Numbered from the stretch's first letter, positions 26,301 through 36,479 are shown. The stretch: DNA of 64,000 nucleotides from Chlamydiales bacterium (GCA_022601635.1 JAJACG010000032.1:8024-72023); one strand, 5' to 3'. Program-made: numbers and translations. Notes: a model not told the origin generated them from the letters alone.

Positions 26301-27809
26301 GTCTTTGCTGCAACGCTTGGTTTGGTGCTGATGGCGATCATCATGATTTCAGTCTATAGATTTAGTGGTGTGATTGCTTGTGTAGCGGTCTTTGTCAACC
26401 TACTGATTATCTGGGCAGTCTTGCAAAACTTAGGTGCTGCACTGACACTTCCTGGAATTGCAGGTATTATTTTGGCAATCGGTATGTCGGTTGATGCAAA
26501 CGTTTTGGTCTTTGAGCGGATTCGTGAGGAGTTCTCTCTTTCTGGCCGTCTGCCCTCTGCTGTGGCGGCGGGTTATCGCAAGGCGTACTCGGCGATTATT
26601 GACTCCAATTTGACCACTATCTTGGCAGCGATCATTCTGCTCAACTTTGATGCGGGACCTGTGAAGGGATTAGCGCTCACTTTGATCATCGGTATTGTCA
26701 GTTCGATGTTCACAGCGCTCTTTATGACTCGCTTCTTCTTTGCTGGTTGGGTGCAGAATCCAAAGCGCAAAGCGTTGAAGATGGTGCAGCTGTTTAAGAA
26801 TACGAAGATTGATTTCTTGAAGATGGCGCGTCCAGCGATTGTGGCAGGCCTTGTCTTGATTATGGTTGGTGGCTTCTTCATGGTGCAGCAGCGCCACTCC
26901 ATTTTTGGTATGGACTTTACAGGCGGCTACGCTTTGAGTGTTGATCTGACAGAGCAGACTGTGGGTGAATATAAGGAGCGTGCTCAGAAGGCGCTTGCAG
27001 CAGCTGGAGTTGCGAAGGAAGACTTCCAGATCCAGGAGCTGAACAAGCCAAACCAGCTACGTATTCAGCTGGCGACAGCTCTTGAGCAAGCGGGCGGCGC
27101 CTTTGCTGATGTTGAGGAGATGACATTAGCTGAGAATCCGCTCTTTGCCTACCAGAGCTATCCACGTATCCAGTGGATTGTCAATGCACTGGAGATGGGT
27201 GGATTGGAGCTTAATCCTGCATCGCTGGAGGATCTCAATCTGCATTGGACAGAGATGAGCGGTCAGCTCTCGACTACAATGCGCAATCAAGCGCTTGTGG
27301 GGCTTCTTTTGGCTCTGATCGGTATGATGATCTACATCACCTTCCGCTTTGAGTTTAAATATGCGGTATCGGCGACTGTAGCGATTGGCCATGACTTACT
27401 CGTGACATTGGGTATCTTGGCGATCTTGCATAGCTTCTTTGGGATGATCCAGATTGATCTTCAGGTGATTGCGGCATTGATGACCATTGTTGGTTACTCG
27501 CTCAACGATACGATTATCATCTTTGATAGGATCCGAGAGGATATTCGTTTAATGCGCAAGGTGAGCTTCAAGGAGATTGTCAATCATGCACTTAATGCAA
27601 CGCTTTCAAGAACTGTGATGACTAGTGGTACAACGATGGCAGTTCTGCTAGCACTTGTGATTTTTGGTGGAATGAGCATTTTGAGCTTCGCCTTGATCAT
27701 GACGCTTGGTGTTGCAATTGGAACCTTCAGTTCACTCTTTGTAGCGCCTCCTATTTTGCTCTTCTTCCACAACAAAGAGCAGTTAAAAGCGCAGACAAAG
27801 CAGTCTTGA
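23307..27809 (+). CDS. secDF: Fused protein-export membrane protein SecD/SecF
   Basis: The ORF starts at 23283; ATG 23307 (MEKRKRWQLFLILTV) is preferred. It has a very long periplasmic domain followed by two RND-like six-helix bundles (GLDLSGG; IGMSVDANVLVFERIREE; VGYSLNDTIIIFDRIRED). The fusion and size match chlamydial SecDF. Confidence 0.9.
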   Translation: MEKRKRWQLFLILTVLALTVYNILPTVFYYSKSLKSPIDEKEAYKVSEQIAHRVNGLEAFSLSWIRAQTKNLGVKTTKIALDENDPKLVHVYFKKEADALFFHKTLYRAGALIPFTPAQLSPTDLDEKHVVVQRRVGIHLNNKELNDFFHFVPKTADGELSAPYRALIGERAAEVAVGFAGVSEPARLLMALADGRSDENEAVIRLARSIVEYDNNFGDKSAISKRYFSSFSAVPKGVDRSRLIHSFVGRLENISKILKTRIAKLEEQKSAEQFLDSVQQQRLEVFENQKGMVDSALTIVRRNSAQFERGPAPLEREQLMRTLVSSKIDQTKVQNIDLGNHNPFVSRIEIDWNRDQLEIVLHDDVVAIRTKEGHSEALAIKQEKLNQLLFNEVALVARSSDETITPAVAHFKVTLNQLTNSSSLLLLDLEKVAQVQAETLAHLLQTQWQEESGELSATNYPIVYGGGKEPRLGLVIMTPTANESSKEGFRAGSLYVIAKGMGSIRQKYMDLPDSAEKSAYESSFMQLQELLRANGFIGYAGEHSGLPASYKDDYVFELDDYAAYLIAATRENFQVKGSKRSAILEFTDKEERLLTRNKIDTRIQEDLVKWQDEYRQARVAVDEKARYDVPRPTKNVLFSNLKLSALKYFRGDERKILKWGLDLSGGKTVRIGLRNQEGQTISDENDLKQAVGELYSRVNRLGVSEVAIRTEGSSIVLDFPGSQALSASELIQSSAMYFNIVNEKFSQSNPTLAEAVNTFLEEVWNEAVITNRTDVESINEIAWSHLGGNPDNPEEFNPYTSHGKLLYDHGLRFAGPRAAARSNAFDDTVSAVAVFRGSDYTQWQGQTYPLLITFRNYALEGANLADVQAGYDPKEGNMLFFGVKGSYTNKFGQKVNPRDLFHTWTAAYAEDKIGGTDKESYSRGRGWRMAVILNGTVINAPTLNSTLRDQARITGNFSQREVNQLVADLKAGSLSFTPQILSEENVSPDLGAAQRSQGVFAATLGLVLMAIIMISVYRFSGVIACVAVFVNLLIIWAVLQNLGAALTLPGIAGIILAIGMSVDANVLVFERIREEFSLSGRLPSAVAAGYRKAYSAIIDSNLTTILAAIILLNFDAGPVKGLALTLIIGIVSSMFTALFMTRFFFAGWVQNPKRKALKMVQLFKNTKIDFLKMARPAIVAGLVLIMVGGFFMVQQRHSIFGMDFTGGYALSVDLTEQTVGEYKERAQKALAAAGVAKEDFQIQELNKPNQLRIQLATALEQAGGAFADVEEMTLAENPLFAYQSYPRIQWIVNALEMGGLELNPASLEDLNLHWTEMSGQLSTTMRNQALVGLLLALIGMMIYITFRFEFKYAVSATVAIGHDLLVTLGILAILHSFFGMIQIDLQVIAALMTIVGYSLNDTIIIFDRIREDIRLMRKVSFKEIVNHALNATLSRTVMTSGTTMAVLLALVIFGGMSILSFALIMTLGVAIGTFSSLFVAPPILLFFHNKEQLKAQTKQS

Positions 27810-27947
27810 CTCCGACGCCCATGCTTGCTACAATGCCGGCATGGGCAAAAAGGATATTCATGAACAACTACCGAAAAGAGAGGCTATGTGCTGAGTCTCT
27901 TTTCTACTTCCACGACGCCCCTGTAACGCTGTTTACAGGGAGGCGCT

Positions 27948-29714
27948 ATGGCAGAAACTGAGCGCACAGATCTATTTGAACCTGAAAGTGGTGGGAGTGA
28001 GCCGGTCTGGATCTATCCAGAAAATGACCGTGCCTGGGTTGAAACGATTATCCACCAATATGGCATCCATCCAATTACGGCTGAGATTTTAGCTTCGCGC
28101 GGCTATGGCGACCTCGATGCGATCCACAGCTTTTTGTATGCAAAGCTTCCCGACCTTCATGACCCCAAGCTCTTCTTGAATATGCGCAAGGCGATCGATG
28201 TGATCGCGACTGCTATTAGCAAGGGTGAGGGCATCATGGTCTATGGCGATAATGATGTTGATGGAATTACTGGCACAACTCTTCTGGTTGAATTTTTAAC
28301 GCGTATTGGTGGCAAGGCTTACTACCATATTCCCGGCTATAAGTTGAAGCGGCAGGATCAATTTGTTGATGCGATTCCAAAAGCGCAGGAGCTTGGCTGC
28401 AGCGTTATGATTACTGTAGACTCTGGAATTACTTCAGCGCGTGAAATTCAAAAGGTGGAGGCGGCTGGCATCTCTGTGATCATCACAGATCACCACGAGC
28501 CTACAGAGAAGATCCCGCAGTGTGCTGCTATCTTAAACCCAAAACTTCCAGACCAGACCTACCCTCACCGCGAGCTAGTCGGTGTGGGTGTTGCCTTTAA
28601 ACTGGCACATGGGATCACAAATGTGATGGTCTCAGATAAGAGATTGCCACCGAAAAAGGTTGATCTTAAGCGCTACTTGGATCTGGTTGCGTTAGGAACT
28701 GTTGCAGATATGGGGGTTTTGCATGATGAGAATCGTATTCTTGTACGCTACGGATTGGCACAGCTTCGCAAAACCAAGAGAACGGGGTTGCTCAAGCTTT
28801 ATGAGCTTTGCTTGTTAGAAAAGTCTGAGATTTCGACTGTTGATATTGCAACGAAGATAGCGCCGCGTTTGAATAGTCTTGGCCGTGTAGCAGACCCATT
28901 GAAGGGAGTGGAGTTACTTTTGGTGCGCCCTGAAGAGGAGGCCGCTAAGCTTGCTCAGGAGCTTGACCTTGTCAATGAGAAGAGGCAGAAAATCGAGCAG
29001 GAGGTAGCTGCAGATATTGCAAAGCGTTTAGAACAGGAGCCTAAGATTTTGGAAGAGAAGGCTATTGTTTTGAGCTCTGAGAAGTGGCATCCTGGCGTGA
29101 TCCCGATTCTTTCTGCGCGCCTTTGCAGGCAATATACTCGTCCTACTGTGTTGGTTGCGATTGAAGAGGGGTTGGGCAAAGGTTCTGCGCGTACTATTCG
29201 TGAGTTTCCGCTTCTACCGGCGCTCAAGAAGTCGGCTGATCTTTTTGAGAACTATGGTGGCCACAACTTTGCGGCAGGTTTGACAATTCAAGAGAAACAT
29301 ATCCCGCAGTTTACAAAGCGCTTCTTGCATGCGGCAAACTCAGCACTTGGTGAGCATGATATTACTTCAAAGCTATTCATTGATGCTGAGGCCAATTTTG
29401 ACGCGCTCTCTTATGATCTTTTGAGTTCACTGGAGCTCTTTGAGCCCTATGGTAATGAGAATCCCCCACCGCTTCTTTTTTGTGAGGCTGTGCAGACTTG
29501 GTCACCGAAGGTGATTGGTAACAACCATCTCAAGCTCTATTTGGAGCAGGGAGATCGCATGTTGGAGGGAATTGCTTTTGGGATGGCGCATCGGAAAAAG
29601 GAGATCAAAAAGCGCAATCTTCGCTTGCGCATCGCCTATACGCCGCAGATCAACCGCTTTCACAACAAGAGTAGTATTCAGCTACTGATTCGTGACTTTC
29701 AAGTGATTGAATAA
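27948..29714 (+). CDS. recJ: Single-stranded-DNA-specific exonuclease RecJ
   Basis: 588 aa with the DHH-family motifs VYGDNDVDGITG, TVDSGI and ITDHHEP, and DHHA1 GGHNFAAG. Confidence 0.93.
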   Translation: MAETERTDLFEPESGGSEPVWIYPENDRAWVETIIHQYGIHPITAEILASRGYGDLDAIHSFLYAKLPDLHDPKLFLNMRKAIDVIATAISKGEGIMVYGDNDVDGITGTTLLVEFLTRIGGKAYYHIPGYKLKRQDQFVDAIPKAQELGCSVMITVDSGITSAREIQKVEAAGISVIITDHHEPTEKIPQCAAILNPKLPDQTYPHRELVGVGVAFKLAHGITNVMVSDKRLPPKKVDLKRYLDLVALGTVADMGVLHDENRILVRYGLAQLRKTKRTGLLKLYELCLLEKSEISTVDIATKIAPRLNSLGRVADPLKGVELLLVRPEEEAAKLAQELDLVNEKRQKIEQEVAADIAKRLEQEPKILEEKAIVLSSEKWHPGVIPILSARLCRQYTRPTVLVAIEEGLGKGSARTIREFPLLPALKKSADLFENYGGHNFAAGLTIQEKHIPQFTKRFLHAANSALGEHDITSKLFIDAEANFDALSYDLLSSLELFEPYGNENPPPLLFCEAVQTWSPKVIGNNHLKLYLEQGDRMLEGIAFGMAHRKKEIKKRNLRLRIAYTPQINRFHNKSSIQLLIRDFQVIE

Positions 29715-30192
29715 TGGTAACGATTGTGGCCCGATCGGGCAGTTGTAGGTTGGCAACTACCGTGGTATAGCGTGTGTAGTGGCTGAGTGGATCGCCCACC
29801 TCCTTCGTAGAGCAGCTAAAGTCGCTTGCTTGATCAAATTTTGCAAGCATTCTCCAGCTGATGCGAGTAGCGACCATTTCAGCAAACTTCTTTTTATTCT
29901 CTTCACTGCTGCTCTTGTATTTTTGGTAGTTGAGTAATTCGCGACAAATGGAGCCGATGGTAAGGGATAGAGTGTGCTGATCAAAGGAGGCGCCCCGTTT
30001 GATTATGTGTGAGGTACCAGAATCGTAGGCGTAGCGAACTGGGTTGAAGTGGAGATAGTTTTTAACTTTTTCCTTAACTTGATTCGAATCCTTAAGACGC
30101 TGCTCAACTGCAATGGCAATGCGCTTCCCTGTGCTATTGGTGCCAAAATAGAGGCGGGGCACCAGCCCACCACAACTCATCCCTGTTCTCAT
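29650..30192 (-). CDS. Hypothetical protein (no recognisable family)
   Basis: 180-aa ORF between recJ and euo. Its 3' end overlaps the recJ 3' end by 65 nt (convergent). A TTGCCA-17-TATATA promoter-like sequence ends about 8 nt before the ATG. Confidence 0.4.
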   Translation of the reverse strand: MRTGMSCGGLVPRLYFGTNSTGKRIAIAVEQRLKDSNQVKEKVKNYLHFNPVRYAYDSGTSHIIKRGASFDQHTLSLTIGSICRELLNYQKYKSSSEENKKKFAEMVATRISWRMLAKFDQASDFSCSTKEVGDPLSHYTRYTTVVANLQLPDRATIVTIIQSLESHESVAEYYSCCESG

Positions 30193-30227
30193 ATAAAGAT
30201 TATATAAATCATCAAATCTTTTTTGGC

Positions 30228-30256
30228 AAAAAAAATAGCCAGCAATTGCTTGCTGA
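30228..30256 (-). terminator. Candidate rho-independent terminator of euo
   Basis: On the minus strand the short stem CAGCAA-GCAA-TTGCTG is followed by a T8 run, 30 nt after the euo stop. The stem is only 6 bp. Confidence 0.4.
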
Positions 30257-30284
30257 CTACTCTTAATAAAAGAGAAAATATCCT

Positions 30285-30728
30285 TTAGATAACCTCTGAC
30301 TGAGGCATCTGCTTCTTCTCTAAATACTCGTTACGGTAACGCTCAATCTCATCCGTATGAATGACCCAAGCCGCTCCCTTACGCGTACCCTTAATCATAC
30401 CCGTACGCGTCGCATAATAAATCTTCTGCGCCGGTACACTCAACTTCTGCGCTACCTGATTAACAGAGAAATAACCCCTCTCATTGTCAAACAGTAACTC
30501 ACCGTCAAACATCGACTTCTTACGCGAATACTTGTTGCGACGATACTCTTCCAAATCCTTGAGATCAATCTCCCAACGACTCTTCTTAGTCGCCCTCAAC
30601 TTCTTCTGCTTAATCGCAACATAAATCGCCTGGCGAGTCACATTGTTGATCTTAGCAGCCTCCGTAATCGAAACAACCTTCTTCTCCTCTTGGAGCGGCG
30701 CTTCTACCTGGTTTACTTGCTCTTCCAT
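30285..30728 (-). CDS. euo: EUO, the chlamydial early-phase repressor of late genes
   Basis: 147 aa. ITEAAKINNVTRQAIYVAIKQKKLRATKKSRWEIDLKDLEEYRRNKYSRKKS...GELLFDNERGYFSVNQVAQKL...YYATRTG...GAAWVIH...EIERY closely matches the EUO sequence as I remember it from Chlamydia spp. Confidence 0.9.
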   Translation of the reverse strand: MEEQVNQVEAPLQEEKKVVSITEAAKINNVTRQAIYVAIKQKKLRATKKSRWEIDLKDLEEYRRNKYSRKKSMFDGELLFDNERGYFSVNQVAQKLSVPAQKIYYATRTGMIKGTRKGAAWVIHTDEIERYRNEYLEKKQMPQSEVI

Positions 30729-31125
30729 GTTCCTAACCCCCTAAGGTTTTTATTAGTAACTTTTTAAACTTTATAACCATTTTTACAACTTCTTAATATT
30801 CGCTCAGACCAAGTATTTGGTTATAACACTCAATTTCTTCTTTTTACGACTCTATTATCGCCCATTTATCATTTATAGATCAAGATAATTTTAATATCGA
30901 ATCAAGGCAAATATCTAAGTCTTTTCCCTCTCCTCTCTCTAAGAAAGGTGATTAAGTGTAATATTTTGATTAAGGATCAAATTAAACACAACAAAAAACA
31001 GCTATTTTATTTAAAAAACATGAAATATTAATCTGTTCTTAATAGTCATTTTTCGAAAAACATTGGTTTACATATTTTTGTGAAGATAGTTTTTTATCTT
31101 TACATATTCTTTATTGTGACATTTA

Positions 31126-33042
31126 ATGGGTTCTCTTGCTATGTGGACGTGGATGAAACAGTACTATTTTCTCATTTTTTTACTATTTTTGGGTGCCAAG
31201 CTGCCGGAAATCGGCAGTGGCGATGTTCGAGCGATGCTCAAAGAGATCATGGGCAGCCACGCCTCACACCATGAGCTTACGGCTCCTCTTTTGGAACGAG
31301 CTGTTGACTGTTTCTTAGAGGAGCTCGATCCCACAAAGTGCTACCTTTTGCAGACAGACATTGAGCCCTTCACCTCACTTGAGAGCTCAGATGAGCTTCT
31401 TAAGGCGATCAACAGGGGTGATTATACGCTCTTTCGGAAAATTCAAGAGGCCTATTTGACAGCCATTGGGCGAAGGGCTGATTTGGATGAGAGAGCGCTT
31501 GCTATTACCTTTGATTCCCCTGTTTCTGTTGATGAGTTCAAGGAGATCGATTGGGCTACAAGCGAGGAACTTTTAGTGCTTAGGCTGGCAAAGATCCGTC
31601 AGCTTCAGATGGAGGCTGCAGCAAAGTTTGACGAGGAGAATCGAGAGCTGATCTGGCAGCGTATTGAGAAGAGACGTCATGTGAAGGAGAGTGAGCTACA
31701 AAGTGCCTCTCCCAAGCAGTTTGAGCGTCATGTACTTTCTAATGTATTAAAGGCTTTTTCCTCCGCTTTGGATGGACACACCTCCTATTTCACACCAGGC
31801 GAGGCGACGCAGTTTATGATTCAGGTGCAGCAGCGCCTCTTTGGGATTGGGGCTCAGCTTCGAGATGATCTCAACGGTTTCACTGTTGTGAAGGTTCTCG
31901 ATGGAGGCCCCGCGAGTCAGAATACTGGATTATTGGATGGAGATCGCATTATTGCGATTGATGAGGAGCCAGTTGTTGGCTATGAGATCACCGCTGCGGT
32001 GGAGCTAATTCGTGGTGAAGAGGGCACTGTGGTTAATCTCACGGTACTACGTGGTGAGGAGGAGGAGAAGTTTATCATTCCTATCACCCGTGGAGAGGTG
32101 GTGATTCAAGAGGCTCGGATTGAATCTCACAGCTACCCTTTTGGTGATGGTGTTATTGCGCATATTGCTCTTCACGCCTTTTATCAAGATCCAGTACACA
32201 GCTCCTGTTCTGACATCTATGAGCATCTGGAGAAGATCAAAAAAGAGGGGCGTATCAAGGGTTTGGTCCTCGATCTGCGCAGCAACTCTGGGGGCGTTTT
32301 ACCGCAAGCTGTGGCAGTCACTGGCCTCTTTATTTCCAAGGGCATTGTCTGCTCTGTAAAGGATAATTTGGGTCAGGTGGAACATCTGCGCGATATCGAT
32401 GGTAAGATCGCCTTCGACGGGCCGTTGATTGTCTTGATCAGCAAGGTGAGCGCCTCTGCCGCTGAGATCGTGGCGCAGACCTTACAAGATTATGGAAGAG
32501 CGATTGTTGTGGGTGATGAGCACAGCTATGGCAAGGGTACCTTCCAGACGTTCACACTGGATGCAGCGAGTAATGGGCGTGTCAATCCAAAGGGTGAGTA
32601 TAAGGTGACTCGTGGCCGTTACTACACAGTTTCGGGAAGAAGCCCGCAGCTTGTTGGGGTTGCTTCCGATGTCGTGGTCCCGGGGCCATTTTCAGCACTG
32701 GAAATTGGTGAGAAGTATACTAAATATCCGCTCGAAAATGACTCAATTTCTGAAAATTTTGATGATGATTTGAGTGATATACCAGCGAGACAGCGTGATC
32801 AGATCAGCTGGCTCTACCGCTACAATCTGCAGCCGCGCCTAAAGAGTTACACCAGATTTCTGCCCAAGCTGCAGGAGAATTCAAAGAGGCGAATTGAAGA
32901 GAATAAATTTTACCAAAGTTTTTTAGAGATCTTGGAGCATAATGAACCCTCATCGGACAAGATTGAGCTTTTTTCGAAGGGCGATCCGCAACTGCATGAG
33001 GCATTGAATATTACCAAAGACTTGATCCTGCTTTTGCAATGA
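31126..33042 (+). CDS. tsp: Tail-specific (C-terminal processing) protease, S41 family, with a PDZ domain
   Basis: 638 aa with the PDZ-like [41 protein letters not shown] and the catalytic region LDLRSNSGG...SASAAEIVA...GKGT. The start may be the internal MKQYYF at 31153. Confidence 0.9.
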   Translation: MGSLAMWTWMKQYYFLIFLLFLGAKLPEIGSGDVRAMLKEIMGSHASHHELTAPLLERAVDCFLEELDPTKCYLLQTDIEPFTSLESSDELLKAINRGDYTLFRKIQEAYLTAIGRRADLDERALAITFDSPVSVDEFKEIDWATSEELLVLRLAKIRQLQMEAAAKFDEENRELIWQRIEKRRHVKESELQSASPKQFERHVLSNVLKAFSSALDGHTSYFTPGEATQFMIQVQQRLFGIGAQLRDDLNGFTVVKVLDGGPASQNTGLLDGDRIIAIDEEPVVGYEITAAVELIRGEEGTVVNLTVLRGEEEEKFIIPITRGEVVIQEARIESHSYPFGDGVIAHIALHAFYQDPVHSSCSDIYEHLEKIKKEGRIKGLVLDLRSNSGGVLPQAVAVTGLFISKGIVCSVKDNLGQVEHLRDIDGKIAFDGPLIVLISKVSASAAEIVAQTLQDYGRAIVVGDEHSYGKGTFQTFTLDAASNGRVNPKGEYKVTRGRYYTVSGRSPQLVGVASDVVVPGPFSALEIGEKYTKYPLENDSISENFDDDLSDIPARQRDQISWLYRYNLQPRLKSYTRFLPKLQENSKRRIEENKFYQSFLEILEHNEPSSDKIELFSKGDPQLHEALNITKDLILLLQ

Positions 33043-33058
33043 CGTATACTTCTACCCT

Positions 33059-34525
33059 ATGAAAAACGTTCGAGTCAGAATAGCTCCCTCTCCAACAGGC
33101 GATCCTCATGTAGGAACAGCCTATATGGCCCTTTTTAACTACATTTTTGCTAAGCACTTTGGTGGTACTTTTGTTTTGCGTGTGGAAGACACCGATCAAA
33201 CGCGCAGCCGCGCAGAGTATGAGACCAATCTCTATGAGGCGCTCAAATGGTGTGGTTTGCAATGGGATGAGGGTCCTGATGTGGGCGGCTCATTTGGGCC
33301 TTACAAGCAATCTGAGCGCACAGAAATATATCGTAAACACGCCTTTGATCTGATTGAAGCGGGCAAAGCGTACAAATGTTTTGCTACAGCGGAAGAGCTG
33401 GCTGAGATGCGCGAGTTGCGCAAGGGATATGACCGCCGCTACCGTAATCTCTCTGCAGATGAGATTGCTAAAAGGGAGGCTAATGGTGAGCCCTATGTTG
33501 TGCGACTCAAGGTGCCGCTTACAGGTGAGTGTAGCTTTGAGGATGCGATCAAGGGGCGCATTGTCTTTCCATGGGCTGATGTGGATGATCAGATCTTGCT
33601 CAAATCGGATGGCTTTCCTACCTACCACTTGGCTAATGTTGTGGATGACCATCTGATGCAAATCAGCCATGTGATTCGCGGTGATGAGTGGATCAGCTCG
33701 ACGCCAAAACACATCTTGCTCTATGAGGCCTTTGGCTGGGAACCGCCGCAATTTTTGCACATGCCGCTTCTTTTGGGAACAGATGGCAAGAAGCTATCAA
33801 AGCGCAAGAATCCCACTTCAATCTTCTTCTACCGTGATAGCGGCTACTTGGCAGAGGGTTTCTTGAACTTCTTGACGTTGATGGGTTATAGCATGCCAGA
33901 AGATCGCGAGATCTATTCGCTGGATGAGATTGTGAAGGATTTTGATCCAAAGCGGATTGGAACATCGGGAGCTGTCTTTGATATCAAGAAGTTGGATTGG
34001 CTCAATCAGCACTACTTGATCAATGAGATTCCGGAGCAGGGCTTGTGGGAGCGTTTGCAGAGCTGGCGCTTTTCGGCAGATTATATGGCGAAGCTGATGC
34101 CGCTTGCGCATACGCGCATCAAGACTTTTGGTGAGTTCATGGAGCTATGTGACTTTTTCTTCATCAACCATCTCAACTATACGCAAGAGCTGCTTACACC
34201 TAAGAAGATTGATGAGCAGACAGCCGCTTCTTACTTACAGGTGATCATCTGGGAGTTAGAGAAGTTGGAAGATTGGTCAGGCAAGGGTATGGAGAGCGCT
34301 TCGCATACTGTCGCTGAGAAGTTTTCTATCCATCATAAGAAGGTGATGATGGCGCTGCTTTTTGGTGCAATAATGGGTAAAAAGCAGGGACCGCCCCTCT
34401 TTGATTCCGTGACAATTTTGGGCAAAGATGTGACGCGTGCGCGCCTACTTGGAGCGATTAGCTTTTTGGGTGGTATCTCGAATAAGAAATTGGCGACCTT
34501 GAAAAAGGAGTGGGAGGCAAAATGA
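33059..34525 (+). CDS. gltX: Glutamate--tRNA ligase
   Basis: 488 aa with [16 protein letters not shown] (HIGH) and KLSKRK (KMSKS). Confidence 0.97.
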   Translation: MKNVRVRIAPSPTGDPHVGTAYMALFNYIFAKHFGGTFVLRVEDTDQTRSRAEYETNLYEALKWCGLQWDEGPDVGGSFGPYKQSERTEIYRKHAFDLIEAGKAYKCFATAEELAEMRELRKGYDRRYRNLSADEIAKREANGEPYVVRLKVPLTGECSFEDAIKGRIVFPWADVDDQILLKSDGFPTYHLANVVDDHLMQISHVIRGDEWISSTPKHILLYEAFGWEPPQFLHMPLLLGTDGKKLSKRKNPTSIFFYRDSGYLAEGFLNFLTLMGYSMPEDREIYSLDEIVKDFDPKRIGTSGAVFDIKKLDWLNQHYLINEIPEQGLWERLQSWRFSADYMAKLMPLAHTRIKTFGEFMELCDFFFINHLNYTQELLTPKKIDEQTAASYLQVIIWELEKLEDWSGKGMESASHTVAEKFSIHHKKVMMALLFGAIMGKKQGPPLFDSVTILGKDVTRARLLGAISFLGGISNKKLATLKKEWEAK

Positions 34526-34610
34526 GTGTTCCTATTGAAAACAAACAATCAAGATTTAGACGCATCTAGATACACTTTCACCACAGCTCTGTGGTGGAAC
34601 TCTTCCCTAT

Positions 34611-34844
34611 ATGGCTGCCAAAGCGCTGCTCTATCCGACTGAAAGGAGTCCTCAATATAGTGTGCGCTTTAGCAATGGCGAAGAGTTAACAACGGAGTTG
34701 GCTGGGTGCCTGTTGCAAGTCTTAGAGGATTGTGAGGTAGCTGTACCGTGGCAAAAGGGTGACTTTAGGGTGCAGCTGAACAGGCATTTTCACGGCAAGA
34801 GGCCGCATGGTGGCGACCGTCAACTCTACGTCGCGATGAGCTAA
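34611..34844 (+). pseudogene. Probable C-terminal remnant of a TauD/TfdA-family Fe(II)/2-oxoglutarate dioxygenase
   Basis: The 77-aa ORF ends VPWQKGDFRVQLNRHFHGKRPHGGDRQLYVAMS. This resembles the family C-terminus (W-x-x-GD-hhh-DN-xxxx-HGR-x-x-f-x-G-x-R-x-h-x-V-A-M). The DN and HGR positions have degenerated to LN and HGK, and the first 250 or so residues are missing. Confidence 0.35.
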
Positions 34845-34849
34845 TTTGT

Positions 34850-34878
34850 GAAAACTCGGAGTCTGCCTCCGAGTTTTC
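34850..34878 (+). terminator. Strong hairpin terminator closing the tsp-gltX region
   Basis: A perfect 12-bp stem GAAAACTCGGAG-TCTGC-CTCCGAGTTTTC is followed by ATGATTTTTA. Confidence 0.65.
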
Positions 34879-34913
34879 ATGATTTTTATCTCGGAAGGTG
34901 GTAGAATTTTGGT

Positions 34914-36020
34914 ATGGACCGAAAACACTTCCTAGATCAAATCCAGCGCTATTTCAAAACACATCCTGTTGTTGCTCTACTCGGCCCGCGACAGTGTGGC
35001 AAAACCACTTTAGCCAAGCTTTTCGCCTCTTCCAAGGCTCACTTCTTTGATTTAGAAGATCCAGCTGATCGCGCCGCTCTAGAAAACCCAAAGGCTGTAC
35101 TTGAACCTCTTGAAGGGTTGATTGTCCTCGATGAGATCCAGCGTACACCAGCTCTTTTTGAGCTTCTTAGGGTTCTAGTCGATCAGAAAAAGAGGAGACA
35201 GTTCCTCATCTTGGGCAGCGCATCGAGGGATTTGATTCAGCAATCCTCTGAGACCTTAGCAGGCCGCATCGCCTACTTAGAACTGACACCATTCACGAAC
35301 TTTGAGGTACCAAATCGCGATCGTTTATGGCTAAGAGGAGGCTTTCCAAATTCATATCTGGCTCATGCAAACCAGGATAGCTATTTTTGGCGTAAGCAAT
35401 ATATTGCTACTTTTTTGGAAAGAGATATTCCTAATCTTGGAATTAAGATCGCACCCCCTGCTCTTCGTCGCTTCTGGATAATGCTGGCACACTACCATGG
35501 ACAAACCTTTAATGCCTCGGAACTTGGGAGCTCACTAGCCATTTCTGATAAGACGATGCGCCACTACCTAGATATTTTGACAGGCACCTTTATGGTACGG
35601 CAGCTCCTACCTTGGATTGAGAATATCAAGAAAAGGCAGGTCAAGCGTCCAAAGACCTATATTCGAGACAGCGGTATCTTTCACACTTTGATGGGGATAG
35701 AGGATCGATCTGCACTACTGCGCCATCCCAAGCTGGGAGCTTCGTGGGAAGGTTTTGCCTTAGAAGAGGTGATCCGCAGCCTCGATGTCTCCGCTGAAGA
35801 CTGTTACTACTGGGGCATCCACAACCAGGCTGAGCTTGATCTACTCGTGATGTATAACGGGAAACGACTAGGCTTTGAGTTCAAATATAGCGATGCACCG
35901 AAAAAAACAAGTTCTATGGAAATTGCATTGGAAACACTGCAACTGGATGAACTAACTGTCATATATCCAGGGACAAAGAGCTATTCCTTGGGCCCTAAGA
36001 TGTTTGTTGATCCGCTTTGA
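34914..36020 (+). CDS. AAA+ ATPase with a C-terminal DUF4143-type domain (COG1373-like)
   Basis: 368 aa with Walker A LLGPRQCGKTTLAK and Walker B LIVLDEIQ. The C-terminal half (KRPKTYIRDSGIFHTL...WEGFALEEV...ELDLLV) is typical of the DUF4143 family. Confidence 0.8.
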   Translation: MDRKHFLDQIQRYFKTHPVVALLGPRQCGKTTLAKLFASSKAHFFDLEDPADRAALENPKAVLEPLEGLIVLDEIQRTPALFELLRVLVDQKKRRQFLILGSASRDLIQQSSETLAGRIAYLELTPFTNFEVPNRDRLWLRGGFPNSYLAHANQDSYFWRKQYIATFLERDIPNLGIKIAPPALRRFWIMLAHYHGQTFNASELGSSLAISDKTMRHYLDILTGTFMVRQLLPWIENIKKRQVKRPKTYIRDSGIFHTLMGIEDRSALLRHPKLGASWEGFALEEVIRSLDVSAEDCYYWGIHNQAELDLLVMYNGKRLGFEFKYSDAPKKTSSMEIALETLQLDELTVIYPGTKSYSLGPKMFVDPL

Positions 36021-36178
36021 GATAGCTCCTCCTTGTCAGCGATGATGTAGGTGCGGTCGTAGGGCTTTATGTTGCAACATCCTGTACAAATCAGGATCAG
36101 TAGTAGTGTGATTCTCATACATATTAGTGTAGGCAAAAAGTTTTTTTTTGGAATATATATGAGGCAGGAGGTGTTACT

Positions 36179-36358
36179 ATGAAAATCACAGACACACAAA
36201 AAACGCAGCGTCCAAGTCAGCTACCAGAAGAAGCACTTAAAGTGGTTCAGACCGCTCTACGCTCTATCGAAAATCCAGAAAGAGAAGCTCAACCCCTTTG
36301 TGGTAAGCGCTTTTCAACAAATGCGCCCTCTACTGCAGCTACTCATATAATGCGCTAA
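36179..36358 (+). CDS. Unannotated 59-codon ORF with a strong Shine-Dalgarno, upstream of the efflux operon
   Basis: Below the ORF-track size cut-off. AGGAGG lies 7 nt before the ATG. The product is MKITDTQKTQRPSQLPEEALKVVQTALRSIENPEREAQPLCGKRFSTNAPSTAATHIMR. TATATA is a -10 candidate at about 36156. I recognise no homology. Confidence 0.3.
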   Translation: MKITDTQKTQRPSQLPEEALKVVQTALRSIENPEREAQPLCGKRFSTNAPSTAATHIMR

Positions 36359-36479
36359 CCCAACCCTTTTGGGGATTTTACTGTCAGTTGATCGATCGAA
36401 TTGCGGTAAAAGCAACCAAAAGTCGCAACAAACAGGTGGAATTGCAGAATTGGCAGCATTCTTGCTTTCATAAAGATGT

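Noticed and set aside
35981-36199. A 72-aa minus-strand ORF with a lipoprotein-like internal start (MRITLLLILICTGC).
   Set aside because: It overlaps the 3' end of the AAA+ ATPase gene by 40 nt, lacks an SD, and the lipobox is non-canonical. It is probably spurious.
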